From a virus, in IMG/VR virus record IMGVR_UViG_3300028840_008180, positions 28,083 to 92,082 of that record: a stretch of DNA of 64,000 nt. One strand, 5' to 3'. Below are positions 17,118-26,921 of this stretch, one piece after another. The translations under genes were made by a program, and so were the position numbers. Each line of letters starts with the position of its first letter. Position 1 is the stretch's first letter. A model generated the notes under the pieces. It was not told the DNA's origin and made no database searches. It was given only the letters and a program-made list of their open reading frames with translations.

Positions 17118-17501
17118 TTACTTGTAGAACCTTGAGTTCCCGTTGCTGTCGATCTCCCAATGGATTCCGAACTTGTTCTCCAGGTCCGAAACCATGTCTG
17201 ACCGAGCTTTCCGGAGGGCGGGGATAACGTAGCGACCGTAGACATTATCCATTGCCTTGTACTCACCTATCGTCTGGGTTATTTGCCGGATCATCCGGAT
17301 GAATTGACTGGGGTCAATCTCAAAATTCTCTCCCATTACCCTAACGACGGCTGTGGATCGTCTTACCTCTACCATTTGCGTCCGTTGCTCGATCACGACG
17401 GGTGGCGTCTGTTTTGCGGGCGCAGGTACGGGCGCACGAGTGGATTTTGCCGTGTCTTTGAGTTGCCAGCGTGGCGACGGTATCATGTTTCCGCTACTCA
17501 T
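17118..17501 (-). CDS. hypothetical protein
   Basis: AAGGAG RBS; sigma28-like promoter at 17523-17550. Confidence 0.7.
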   Translation of the reverse strand: MSSGNMIPSPRWQLKDTAKSTRAPVPAPAKQTPPVVIEQRTQMVEVRRSTAVVRVMGENFEIDPSQFIRMIRQITQTIGEYKAMDNVYGRYVIPALRKARSDMVSDLENKFGIHWEIDSNGNSRFYK

Positions 17502-17522
17502 GACGTTATCTCCTTTATCTTG

Positions 17523-17622
17523 GTATCGGCATTATAGCTGCTTTTCTTTAGTTCGTAAATGTCAAATGTGTTAGGCAGGGTGTGAGAAATTCGCTCAAGT
17601 TTCCCATGTTAGATGTCGATAC
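17523..17622. promoter_or_regulatory. divergent pair of sigma28-like promoters
   Basis: Minus TAAA-N16-GCCGATAC (17550-17523); plus TCAA-N16-GTCGATAC (17595-17622). Confidence 0.75.
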
Positions 17623-17720
17623 CATTATTAGGGCCCAAAACATGGGCGATTTGCCTCCTGTGATCAGCCCGCCCCCGAAATTGCAGCACCGGGGGCGGGC
17701 TAAAGGGTATAGGAAGAACA

Positions 17721-18068
17721 ATGGAAGAAGACAGAATAATATGCGACGAACTGGCTTTGGACCTCATGATCAACATGGAGTTACCGAGGCGAGAAAGGAA
17801 AAAGAAGGCAAAAAGGCGTTTCAGCAGGGCTCCGAGGGTAGCGGCGGTGATGTCTTCGCATTCGTCTGTAGAGACGGTAACAAGTGAGTGGCCTGACACC
17901 ATAGATCACTTCGAGACACAGAAAGCTCTAATAAGAGAACTAGATCGGGCGGCAATGGAATTATCGGAAGCAGAGCGGAAGTTAGATGTGCAGAAGCCGC
18001 AAAAGGTATCGGGCTTCAAGAAATTCAAATCAGGCTTCAAAAAGATCAAATCAAATCGAGCGTCTTGA
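17721..18068 (+). CDS. hypothetical protein
   Basis: ORF with AGGA RBS after a GC hairpin (about 17666-17701). Confidence 0.6.
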   Translation: MEEDRIICDELALDLMINMELPRRERKKKAKRRFSRAPRVAAVMSSHSSVETVTSEWPDTIDHFETQKALIRELDRAAMELSEAERKLDVQKPQKVSGFKKFKSGFKKIKSNRAS

Positions 18069-18507
18069 AAAGGAGTCGCCTCTCAAGTGGACCTAATGGT
18101 TTACCGTTAAGGTCTTTAAGTTGGTAGAATAGGAATGAATCTGTGCCGGTGTCTACCATTTCATAGAACTTTGAGTCAACGGCATTGTCCCATGTTGGGG
18201 TAGCTGGATGTAGCCGAAGGTCCGCTACTTTCTCATCGAACTCACGGAATGTCCATTCTTTTTCATCAACGACGATCTGTTTGTTAGGTGACCAATACTC
18301 TGACTTTGTCTTTAGAAATGGCACATCCTTCTCAAGCATGTTAAAGATGAAAGTCATGTCATGACCTTGCTCTTTAAGGTAGTTGGCTAGAGCGGTGGTG
18401 TGCTCCCACACATCACGCTCGTTACTTGCCTCCTTCACACCTTGAACCAACCCTCGGATCGTTTCGGGTACGGTGCCGTAGACTTCTAGCCACTGTTTGA
18501 ATCTCAC
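18046..18507 (-). CDS. hypothetical protein with capsid-targeting-like N-terminus
   Basis: MRFKQWLE. Confidence 0.7.
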   Translation of the reverse strand: MRFKQWLEVYGTVPETIRGLVQGVKEASNERDVWEHTTALANYLKEQGHDMTFIFNMLEKDVPFLKTKSEYWSPNKQIVVDEKEWTFREFDEKVADLRLHPATPTWDNAVDSKFYEMVDTGTDSFLFYQLKDLNGKPLGPLERRLLFKTLDLI

Positions 18508-18719
18508 ACGAACTCCGCAGCCTCTTCAGGTTCTAGGTACATGTCTGTCCGAGAGTCGTAGTACTTACCCTCTTTGGGGTCGTAGTAGACTACTCTTCCG
18601 TTCTTCATTCTGAATGGCCCTTCCAAACCGGGCCTCTCTGGATACTCTTCGGGGTCAATAGGCGGCATCGCTTGCCAGTCTTCTTTCATTTGGACCCATT
18701 TGATGAATTTGATATGCAT
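18504..18719 (-). CDS. small hypothetical phage protein
   Basis: GLEGPF...YYDPKEGKYYD motif; GGGAG RBS; upstream TAGATA. Confidence 0.7.
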   Translation of the reverse strand: MHIKFIKWVQMKEDWQAMPPIDPEEYPERPGLEGPFRMKNGRVVYYDPKEGKYYDSRTDMYLEPEEAAEFV

Positions 18720-18791
18720 AAGCACTCCCTTCTTCGACAAGCTATCTATGACGTTTGGGTTCCAATATACTCTCCATCGCCATATATATCC

Positions 18792-19220
18792 ATGATGAAG
18801 AGCTTCAAAGAATACAAAGCCACCCGTGATTTCCAGCAGGAGTGGCACGACAATTTGAGATTTGCCAAGAGAATCTACAAGGACTACCTCGTCGACAAGG
18901 TGAATCCGTTTGAAAGACTTGAGGACCACAATCTGATTGTCGGTGCATTTCGTGCCCTCAACCATCCGAAGATTAACCACCACCTAAAGCGAGTTGAAGA
19001 GATGCGACCAAACTATCAGGATTTGGAGGTCGCCCAACTAGGTCCGCCATCGGCAATAATGATGGACAACGAAGGAATAATGCTGCACCCGTCGACAGAA
19101 CACCAGGATGCTCAGGGTCAACTGGAGCGGAAGGCTCGACGGTATTACTACCGAATGAGAGACTTAGGAGATTGGCTTAGCTCTCGCTCACTAGAACCGA
19201 CACCGGCGATATCGACTTAG
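18792..19220 (+). CDS. hypothetical protein with capsid-targeting-like N-terminus
   Basis: MMKSFKEY start directly after TATATA. Confidence 0.7.
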   Translation: MMKSFKEYKATRDFQQEWHDNLRFAKRIYKDYLVDKVNPFERLEDHNLIVGAFRALNHPKINHHLKRVEEMRPNYQDLEVAQLGPPSAIMMDNEGIMLHPSTEHQDAQGQLERKARRYYYRMRDLGDWLSSRSLEPTPAIST

Positions 19221-19231
19221 CGGAGAGAATC

Positions 19232-19654
19232 ATGCGATTCGGCCAATGGCTCCTACTCAACGAAGTTCCGCACAAGACACTCAGAGTGCCTATCGAATAC
19301 GAGGGTAACTTCATCATGATCATTGATCTGAAAGTGGAGGATTGGCGGATTGATGAAGAGGATGAAGAGACAAAGCTTATCCAACGCCGGTTGATGATGG
19401 CCCTACCGCCACCACCACCATACTACGGCTTCATACCCGATTCCGGTGGCCGCTATCTTTATTATGACGGAAACGAGGAGTATCGCTTTGAGCTTACCAG
19501 AACCGAACCATCTAGGGGAATCAACCTAGACGAGTTGAATATCGGAGGCTCCTGGTGGGATTATGTCGAGGGAGTAGACCAGGACAATAACATGGTTAAG
19601 AAACCGTCACCACCAATACCCTCTCGTATCCCTCAAAGGGTCCGTACCCAGTAG
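19232..19654 (+). CDS. hypothetical protein with capsid-targeting-like N-terminus
   Basis: MRFGQWLLLNE; GGAG RBS. Confidence 0.7.
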   Translation: MRFGQWLLLNEVPHKTLRVPIEYEGNFIMIIDLKVEDWRIDEEDEETKLIQRRLMMALPPPPPYYGFIPDSGGRYLYYDGNEEYRFELTRTEPSRGINLDELNIGGSWWDYVEGVDQDNNMVKKPSPPIPSRIPQRVRTQ

Positions 19655-20661
19655 TGGTTCTTCCGATATCCGTCGTCATCACGTAGCCTGTGTCGGTACG
19701 CTTGTCGCTCTAAAAGCCGGTTGATGAATGCTCTGGCGTCTTTTGGTGGCTCGCACCTCAAAAGAGAAGCAAACTGCGCCCGATCCGCCACCTTCTCAAA
19801 GGTTAAACCCTTCTGGGTGAAGATGTCTTCTCCATAAGTGAAAACGGGTCTCTCAACCAACATCGCCTCCAGAACACTTGTGGAGTTGATAGCCACCATC
19901 GCTTTCATGTGTTGGTACAAGTCTAGCTTATTGATCTTCGCTTTAGAAATGTCTACCATGCCTGACGGCACCCGTGTTGGCTTGTTATTTGCCGGGTGAT
20001 TCTTGACTAGGATTTTGATGCCAGGGGGCACAACCTTCCTAATGTGCTCAAGAAATTGATGGTTGTTTTTGAATGGGGTGAAACGGAACTTGAAGTCTGG
20101 CTTCCCGTCACTCGTAGGCGTATCCACTTGTAGCGGCACGTAAATATAGTCTCTGTAACCTACAGCGCTGCCCACGTTCCACTTGTTCTTGATGTACTTG
20201 TACTCCACTGGATTGTCAGGAGCGCCTCGTAACTCTGTTATTCCCGCCTGTCGGATGGAGGATAACGGCCCTGCACCTTGGTCGTCAATGTAGAAACACT
20301 CGTTCCACGGCAACCAACCGTACTCGGAGAAGAGAAATTTGGCCTTAATCTTGTTCTGCAACCACTTACCCGTGTCGTCATTGCCGTTTCCCAGACAGAT
20401 GTAATCGGAATCGAGCTTGCCAATTTGGTCGGCTAACTGGCTATGACTAGACCACGACCGGTTCGGAAGGTCGGTGAGTTTCGTGACAATGCTGTTCCTG
20501 ACAGATGGTTTGTACTTACCTGTCTTAAACCACCCTTTTCTGGCAATAGAGGAGTGCCAGAGCACACCCACGACCTCATGTTCCGTGGAACGGAACATGA
20601 GGTCGAAATCGCATGCGTTGATGCTATATCGTTTCGTTGCAATGATGATTATTTTAGACAT
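19633..20661 (-). CDS. KpsS/KpsC-like capsule-synthesis glycosyltransferase
   Basis: EYGWLP, YVPLQV.., VK.HP, INSTS.LEA motifs. Confidence 0.75.
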   Translation of the reverse strand: MSKIIIIATKRYSINACDFDLMFRSTEHEVVGVLWHSSIARKGWFKTGKYKPSVRNSIVTKLTDLPNRSWSSHSQLADQIGKLDSDYICLGNGNDDTGKWLQNKIKAKFLFSEYGWLPWNECFYIDDQGAGPLSSIRQAGITELRGAPDNPVEYKYIKNKWNVGSAVGYRDYIYVPLQVDTPTSDGKPDFKFRFTPFKNNHQFLEHIRKVVPPGIKILVKNHPANNKPTRVPSGMVDISKAKINKLDLYQHMKAMVAINSTSVLEAMLVERPVFTYGEDIFTQKGLTFEKVADRAQFASLLRCEPPKDARAFINRLLERQAYRHRLRDDDGYRKNHYWVRTL

Positions 20662-20673
20662 AGGAGATTTCTT

Positions 20674-21348
20674 CTACGCAACAGCCACGATATCCATAAG
20701 TGTGTAATCAAACAAAACATTGATGAAATCGCATGGCTCGGAAGCATCGCCTGCCCAGCCAACGCTGTCACAACCACTACCACCCGTGTTGAAATTGGTT
20801 ACACAATTACCATTAGAGCCCGATGTATAGATTTGGAAATCGAGACGGGCGTATGTTAGGTCTGGGTAACAAATTGTCGTTGCCCCAAGGGCTGTACCGG
20901 TTGATCCATTGCTAAGCAATTCTACAACAATGGCAGATGTTCCACACGGTAAACCACTAGTTGATCCATAGTAACACCCTGCTGTGGGAGGTTGGTTGGT
21001 GAAGGCTCCGGACCACGAGGCGTTGAGTGTATCGACTTGCGTTTGGGTTAGTTGTGGGCATGCCCAAGCGGCGGCAAAGTCGTCACAGTTGCCACTGCAA
21101 CCGTTGCCGCTTCCGCCGAGGTTTGTGCCGGTACCGAAGGTAACTGTTATACTTGATGGCGTCGTATCTGTATCGCAAAGACCACATGTAAGGCCAGCCG
21201 GTGGTGGTGCTGGTCCTGTTGGGCACGTACATTCTGCGCAACAATGCCCACAACAGCAGCACTCAAGAAATGCCTGTGAGCCGCAGATACAGTCCTGAAG
21301 CTGCTGCGCAAACCCACTCATATCAAATCTCATGCCAACCATAATCAA
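20674..21348 (-). CDS. Cys/Gly/Thr-rich protein, possibly virion-associated
   Basis: CCCCGHCC tract; more than 20 Cys. Confidence 0.6.
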   Translation of the reverse strand: MIMVGMRFDMSGFAQQLQDCICGSQAFLECCCCGHCCAECTCPTGPAPPPAGLTCGLCDTDTTPSSITVTFGTGTNLGGSGNGCSGNCDDFAAAWACPQLTQTQVDTLNASWSGAFTNQPPTAGCYYGSTSGLPCGTSAIVVELLSNGSTGTALGATTICYPDLTYARLDFQIYTSGSNGNCVTNFNTGGSGCDSVGWAGDASEPCDFINVLFDYTLMDIVAVA

Positions 21349-22058
21349 CTCCTAGCTAAGTACTTATGCCAAACTTCTTCAAATTCCTCGTACCCCCTTT
21401 CACCGCCCAACCATGGTTTTTTTCCGACAAAGTGCAGCCCAATGTAATCCCGGTTCCTTTTGGCGAGACGTTTCGTCGTATTCCATTTCATTGGTAATCG
21501 GGTGAGGGTGAAACATTTTCGGCGTATCGCCTGCATCAGAACCGTTTGGTCTGCGAGGTGTGCCCTCTTCATAGTACTCATTAACTTGATGATCTTGTCA
21601 TAAACGGTGGGTTTGAGTTTGTTTAAGAGGATCAACCCGCTGTTGTATTCCCGATGGCTTGCGTGGTAGACAAACCCCGCTTCTGTTCGGAGCTTCATAT
21701 CCAGCAACGGTTGAATCGAATCCACAAACACCATATCCGAGTCGATGAAGAGGAGTCGGTCGTAACTGCACACTAATCTAAAAATCTCCAACTTGAAGAA
21801 TGCATTTTTCAGTGGTGGTGTGTGCTTTGGAAGTTGCCTATACTTTGATCGGTCGGGTTGAATGAATTGACATCGTGGATAGGTCTTGAGGCAGAGATTT
21901 CGATCCTTCTCGGTCAGGTCGATATCCAAACACAACATGGTTTCATCAAAACCCTTAGTGTGCATCTGGATGCTGTTCATCAGGGCTCGAAACCCAGGAA
22001 GGAATTTACTTGTAAGTACGGTGCAAACACACTTCATAAACCTACCGTCTCGTGCCAA
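21345..22058 (-). CDS. glycosyltransferase family 8
   Basis: KLEIF, LFIDSD, NSG, DQ, HFVG.KPW. Confidence 0.85.
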   Translation of the reverse strand: MARDGRFMKCVCTVLTSKFLPGFRALMNSIQMHTKGFDETMLCLDIDLTEKDRNLCLKTYPRCQFIQPDRSKYRQLPKHTPPLKNAFFKLEIFRLVCSYDRLLFIDSDMVFVDSIQPLLDMKLRTEAGFVYHASHREYNSGLILLNKLKPTVYDKIIKLMSTMKRAHLADQTVLMQAIRRKCFTLTRLPMKWNTTKRLAKRNRDYIGLHFVGKKPWLGGERGYEEFEEVWHKYLARS

Positions 22059-23113
22059 ATTTGCCTAATATGCCCATCGAAATACGGCTTAAGTTCCGTG
22101 TATCGATGTTGTATCTGTTCTCCCAACTCTCCGATGCGGGCAACATGATCCTCAACTTGATCTTCGATATCCCTATCGGTAAGCTTCAATACTCTTCCGC
22201 CTCCCCTGTAAAGGAGATTATCACCGTCCACTTTACAACTCTTTGAGGCGATTGGGAGGAATGGGCATCCAGAAAGGAAGGACATGACTGTTCCGTGGTG
22301 TCGGCCTGTGATGTTCAGAGATGCTTGTGAGCACAGCCGGATATAGTCTTTGAAGTAGACCACATTGACACGCTCCACCGGTAATTTGTATCGTTTCATG
22401 AACTCGTTGAAAAACACATCATCGCCCTTGATCATGCTGGGCCAGCCAACCAGAACAATTTCGTATTGGTGCTTGTACTGTAGCAACTGATCAACGATTC
22501 TCTTGTATCCCTTCATCGCCACGTCAGTGGACACGGTTTTCAAACATGTCCCACCACCAACCATAATGATATTATCTCGCCACGTATCAGCTTTTTTGTG
22601 CGTGCAGGTAAGGTCGGGGAAGAGCTTAACTTTGGGGAATAGGGGTTTCACTCGGTCGAATGACATGGGCTCCCGCACGCTTACGCCGACGCAGTCGGCG
22701 TAAGCGTGCTGTGCTTGCCTGTTGTTCCCCTTACTGTGGATATTGTGCGTGTAGTTCACCATGTAGGTTTTTACGCCTGCGTTTTTTGCCTTGTGGATGA
22801 GTGAGAAGATTCCCTTCGAGACGTTGGAAAGGCGATCTTTGCTATACTCGCCCATTCCGCCCTCACCGTTGATGATCATGAAGTCGTAATTCTGAATACT
22901 CAATCCACCGGTGGTACGGGTGATGCTTTTCCCGCCACGGTAAACACGTTCTCTCATTGTGATCCGCCGCCCGTTGAGGAGCGACCGGAGGGTGATACAG
23001 TCTATGTCTGTTTCTGGCTGGTATTTCAGGATGTTCTCGTACAACGCCGCCGTGTTTGCTTGGCAGCCCAGATTTGGGTTGGTAGAAGTATCACAAGTAA
23101 GCAAAATTCGCAT
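22034..23113 (-). CDS. polysaccharide pyruvyltransferase family protein
   Basis: NLGC, INGEG, SVREPMS, PD, TGRHHG. Confidence 0.8.
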   Translation of the reverse strand: MRILLTCDTSTNPNLGCQANTAALYENILKYQPETDIDCITLRSLLNGRRITMRERVYRGGKSITRTTGGLSIQNYDFMIINGEGGMGEYSKDRLSNVSKGIFSLIHKAKNAGVKTYMVNYTHNIHSKGNNRQAQHAYADCVGVSVREPMSFDRVKPLFPKVKLFPDLTCTHKKADTWRDNIIMVGGGTCLKTVSTDVAMKGYKRIVDQLLQYKHQYEIVLVGWPSMIKGDDVFFNEFMKRYKLPVERVNVVYFKDYIRLCSQASLNITGRHHGTVMSFLSGCPFLPIASKSCKVDGDNLLYRGGGRVLKLTDRDIEDQVEDHVARIGELGEQIQHRYTELKPYFDGHIRQIWHETVGL

Positions 23114-23151
23114 TGATAACTCCTTCTGTATATAGCCAGGAGATTTGAACA

Positions 23152-23781
23152 ATGGGATTTGATTACAGCCAACCTTACAAGTATTGGAACAATCGTTTCG
23201 AGGAACAGGGGCAGGAGTATGTAGCTCACCGCCAGCTTCGGAACTACGACAAGCAGAAGGAGATCATCGGTAATGCCGTGAGGCCATTCCTGGTGAAGCG
23301 GTCTAAGACCTTGGACTTTGGTAGTGGTGTTGGTCGCTTCCAAGACATGTTGTGGCGGCATTCGGATGAGGTCTACGCATTGGATTATGTCAAAGGTGCT
23401 TTGGGAATCTTGAAGGAGAGTTGGCCTCAGACGGAGACGGTATGCCATGGTCACTTACCGCTCCCGTTTAGCACCGGGACATTTGACCTCATTTGGACGT
23501 GTACGGTGTTGCAGCATATTGTGGAGCAGGATTACTTCGAGGGGACGTGCAGAGAACTCTACCGTATCGCTGCTCCTGGTGGGAATTTCCTGATGGTTGA
23601 GAATGTCTCAGATGATGCGCCGCATGTTAAGCCGAGGGCCGCTCTCGATTACGCAGAAGCGATAGGTTTCGATCCGATGCACATTGAGAAGATATCGGTC
23701 GACCACAAGGATAGTCACTGGGTGATTTACGGTCGCAAACCTATACCCGCATGCATCTCCAACAATTCGACTTGCTTATGA
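23152..23781 (+). CDS. class I SAM-dependent methyltransferase
   Basis: LDFGSGVGR, LPF...FDLI....VLQH. Confidence 0.88.
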   Translation: MGFDYSQPYKYWNNRFEEQGQEYVAHRQLRNYDKQKEIIGNAVRPFLVKRSKTLDFGSGVGRFQDMLWRHSDEVYALDYVKGALGILKESWPQTETVCHGHLPLPFSTGTFDLIWTCTVLQHIVEQDYFEGTCRELYRIAAPGGNFLMVENVSDDAPHVKPRAALDYAEAIGFDPMHIEKISVDHKDSHWVIYGRKPIPACISNNSTCL

Positions 23782-24749
23782 ACGGGTTGTCTCTCTTGGA
23801 TCATGTACTTGTCTAACCACCAGAGCATCCGGAGTTGTTGTAGCTTCATCTCCTTGGCGTCATAGTCCTTTTTGAGCATCTTCGTTAAGCCTCGCTCGAC
23901 ATTCGGGTCGTAGACAACGGTCCCCGAGTTAGAGAAGAACGATTTGCCGCAACAATAGACTGGTGTTAGAGAGACAATGTTGTCGATGATCGAGCCAGAG
24001 TTGACACATGACGTGAATACTGCCTTCTGCATGAGGTTAAAGACTGAGTTGTTAACAACATGGAAGTTCTTATGGCTCTTGAGAGTCTTCTTCTGGAACC
24101 TTTCTAACTCTCGCTTTCCGTGGGCGGGCGAGTCACCGATACCGGGGTGTGGCTTATATACGACATGTAACTTGTGTTGGGTGGCGAAATCAAGCGTTCT
24201 CTGGATTAGTTCCTTCAATCCGATTTTACTGTAAAATACCACAGAGGCGTCGTAAAGTACCTGTCCTGGGACGAAAATGTATGGTACGTCCGGAATCTTG
24301 TCGCTCTGGGGCTGCGCTCTCTTTGAAAGGTGGCTCTTCATCATGCTCCTCCGAAGACCTTCTACGGAGGTTCGAGATGGACATTCCTTGATGAGGTTTC
24401 GGATGGTATCGTAGTAGTGCGAATCACCGAAGAGCTTCTTACGGTCCACCACAATGGATTTAGGGAGCCATCCGTGATCGTAGCATGTGACCGGCTTTCC
24501 AGCCTTACGGTGTTGCTTGTATCTCGCTGTTCGCTTCTCGTGGCCGTAAGGGCTAAGGCAGATGTAGTAGTCGAAAACCCCATTCTTGTACGTCTTGAAG
24601 CCCGTATTCTTCACACGGTGGTTTGCAGACCAAATCTGATGGCCACATTTGACAAGCTCTTTGCAAATTCCTTGCCAAATCTTGTATCGCCAATCGTATG
24701 TCGAACCACCGGCATGAGGGTAGTTAATGAGGTCAATGAGAATCTTCAT
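23727..24749 (-). CDS. second KpsS/KpsC-like glycosyltransferase
   Basis: DHGWLP, FVPGQV..D, YKPHP, VNSG. Confidence 0.75.
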   Translation of the reverse strand: MKILIDLINYPHAGGSTYDWRYKIWQGICKELVKCGHQIWSANHRVKNTGFKTYKNGVFDYYICLSPYGHEKRTARYKQHRKAGKPVTCYDHGWLPKSIVVDRKKLFGDSHYYDTIRNLIKECPSRTSVEGLRRSMMKSHLSKRAQPQSDKIPDVPYIFVPGQVLYDASVVFYSKIGLKELIQRTLDFATQHKLHVVYKPHPGIGDSPAHGKRELERFQKKTLKSHKNFHVVNNSVFNLMQKAVFTSCVNSGSIIDNIVSLTPVYCCGKSFFSNSGTVVYDPNVERGLTKMLKKDYDAKEMKLQQLRMLWWLDKYMIQERQPVHKQVELLEMHAGIGLRP

Positions 24750-24828
24750 ACAGTTTAGTTAGTACTGCCATTGACAAAATCGGGTCCTATCATCTATCGT
24801 ATAAGAGTCTCGTTTTAGGAGGAAAACC

Positions 24829-25107
24829 ATGAGAGTGGCCGTACACTTCGAGGTCTCAGAGGGAGGTAGTGTCTACCACAAGACCAAGATTGTGGAGACG
24901 GACTTTCTTGAAGAGGAGATGGATGCGATAGAGTTTGCCCACCGCAAGGATGAGACATTCTGTTGGTTACCGTTTCGAGACCTCCAGATCAAGTTGATCA
25001 AAACTGCTCTACCTGACATGTTCGTCGATCCGCTCCATTTCTCATACGACTTCCGACGTGCTGTGATCAATCAAAAGGGCGTCAGTAACGCCAAGCTAAA
25101 GAAATAG
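24829..25107 (+). CDS. hypothetical protein
   Basis: AGGAGG RBS; upstream TTGACA. Confidence 0.7.
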   Translation: MRVAVHFEVSEGGSVYHKTKIVETDFLEEEMDAIEFAHRKDETFCWLPFRDLQIKLIKTALPDMFVDPLHFSYDFRRAVINQKGVSNAKLKK

Positions 25108-25139
25108 CCCTCCCCCAGATTCAAGGTCTGGGGCAGGGC
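25107..25139. terminator. hairpin between convergent units
   Basis: GCCCT-CCCCAGA...TCTGGGG-AGGGC inverted repeat. Confidence 0.55.
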
Positions 25140-25202
25140 CAAGCACGTCGCTTCTAGCCCGAGCCCAGGCAAAATCAGCACCTGTACTCCTTGGAGAGAG
25201 AG

Positions 25203-25269
25203 TTGCCACGGTGGGACTCTAACCCACGTCCTCGAAAATGATCGAGGTGTTCACCGACACTTCATGACG
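25203..25269 (-). ncRNA. tRNA-like cloverleaf (degenerate, CAT-containing loop) inside a larger structured region
   Basis: Acceptor-like CGTCATG/CGTGGCA, D-like GTGT/ACAC, stem CTCGA/TCGAG, T-arm GTGGG-TTAGAGT-CCCAC. Confidence 0.5.
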
Positions 25270-25325
25270 ACTCTGGGCCAAGCGGAAACTAAATTGTCAG
25301 CGCACCATGTAGGGGTGCGCACGAG

Positions 25326-25463
25326 CTATTGGTTGATGACATGTTCGATCATCTTCATAGCCCTTTCATACCCTCTAATTGTACCTACTTGATAGCCTAT
25401 GTAAAGACCAATCAGGGTGCCTATGACAAACATCCAAAAAACCGCACGCTTGAAAATTCCCAT
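25326..25463 (-). CDS. 45-aa membrane peptide
   Basis: GAGGA RBS; MGIFKRAVFWMFVIGTLIGLYIGYQVG... Confidence 0.6.
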   Translation of the reverse strand: MGIFKRAVFWMFVIGTLIGLYIGYQVGTIRGYERAMKMIEHVINQ

Positions 25464-25471
25464 TGTATTCC

Positions 25472-25918
25472 TCAAATTCGATATTCTAGTTCATCTGGGT
25501 CTTCCTTCCAATAGTTCCAACGGGCGTACTCTTCGGCGTATTGATCGTCGACTTCCTGCATCTTCCACCGGGCCATCTGCTCAATGGCGTCGGTTTTACT
25601 GATAAATGGTCGGGGCATAAACGACTGCCACTCGTTTGGGATAGGGCGGGATTCCAACGCCACGCCGTCTCTCGTCCACGATAGGGCTTTTCCATACTCC
25701 TCGTAGTCTGGATACGTGGTTAGTTTGGGGAAGACGTAAGCCCAAAATAATGCGAATCGCTTCAGGGCTAACTTCCTACCGCTATACTCAGCCCAATAGA
25801 TATTGTGGCGATCTAACGACTCGATGAAGCGATATTTCCCTTGCTGGAGATCGTAAGCGAGGATACGATATTCCTCGTATTTGGCGACAACCATTGATGA
25901 TGTCGAACTGTGTAACAT
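25472..25918 (-). CDS. hypothetical protein
   Basis: GGAGG RBS; sigma28-like promoter TAAA-N16-GCCGATAA at 25963-25936. Confidence 0.75.
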   Translation of the reverse strand: MLHSSTSSMVVAKYEEYRILAYDLQQGKYRFIESLDRHNIYWAEYSGRKLALKRFALFWAYVFPKLTTYPDYEEYGKALSWTRDGVALESRPIPNEWQSFMPRPFISKTDAIEQMARWKMQEVDDQYAEEYARWNYWKEDPDELEYRI

Positions 25919-25995
25919 AACTACCTCCTATCTCGTTATCGGCATATTGAGGGCTTTCCTTTAGGAGAAACGTATATAATCACACAGGAGGAATT

Positions 25996-26418
25996 ATGGC
26001 CATAGTCGTCCCTAACGAGGGTGAGCTAGAACTGCTCGAAAAGATGATCAAAGAAGCCTTAGGCACTGATGAGAACTACAGTCTGAAGCTCTACGGCAAC
26101 AACTACACGCCCGTCGCAACAAGCACCTCGGCGGACTTCATTGAACCGGTATTTACCAATTATGCGGCAAAAACACTTACCAGGGCCGGATGGGACAGCC
26201 CCATTACCTTAGCCAATGGTGAAGCGTATATCGAGTACGCAACCGAACAGGTCTGGACGTGTGGGGTCGTGGGAGACACGGTCTACGGCTACTTCATTGA
26301 GGGATCAACTTCTGGAAAGGTCTTGTGGGCTGAGAGATTAGAGTCGGCGGTGGTACTTACGAGCGGAGATGACCTCAAGATAACACCCTCCTTCACACTT
26401 CGTAGTCGGGAGGGTTAA
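25996..26418 (+). CDS. putative virion structural protein
   Basis: VPNEGE..L, LKLY.N..TP, VYGY and WAER pattern resembling small tail-associated proteins; upstream TATATA. Confidence 0.6.
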   Translation: MAIVVPNEGELELLEKMIKEALGTDENYSLKLYGNNYTPVATSTSADFIEPVFTNYAAKTLTRAGWDSPITLANGEAYIEYATEQVWTCGVVGDTVYGYFIEGSTSGKVLWAERLESAVVLTSGDDLKITPSFTLRSREG

Positions 26419-26882
26419 TGGCAACGTACATAATCGTACCAGACGGTGGTGCTGATGTTGATGGTTGTGCCGAGGCATACCATGTGAAGACGTTTGACTA
26501 TGAGTTCGGAGAGAACGATTACGCATTCGTCAAACGTAAGGCTGAGGGTGGCTACCTTGAAGAGGTGGTCATTGAAGAGGTCCAGGTCGGCCAGGATCAG
26601 TATGGTCACGACTTCATTACGTATAAGGATACGTGGCACTCCATCTGGAATGAGAATGAATTGGTCGCCGAACAAGATGCTATCGATGTTGCTATCGATT
26701 ACTGGGAGACCCAGATTGTAAGATTAGAGGCGGTCCCATTGTGCGAGGGTGATAACGAAGACCTCTTATTCAGTGACGTTTTGGAACGAATTGAAGCAAT
26801 GATTGAAAGGTTGCAGAATATAACAGATATCAAGATTCCCTTGGGTGGATATTATCAAAGAACCGTCAGTGTAGGGCGGTAA
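26418..26882 (+). CDS. acidic hypothetical protein
   Basis: Coupled to the previous ORF. Confidence 0.7.
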   Translation: MATYIIVPDGGADVDGCAEAYHVKTFDYEFGENDYAFVKRKAEGGYLEEVVIEEVQVGQDQYGHDFITYKDTWHSIWNENELVAEQDAIDVAIDYWETQIVRLEAVPLCEGDNEDLLFSDVLERIEAMIERLQNITDIKIPLGGYYQRTVSVGR

Positions 26883-26921
26883 TTTCTCAACTTTCGTACC
26901 CGAAATGCCGATACATAGAGT

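Noticed and set aside
25140-25325. tmRNA or YrlA-type Y RNA
   Set aside because: No matching tmRNA acceptor ends or tag ORF, and the arm order is that of a normal tRNA rather than the permuted YrlA layout.
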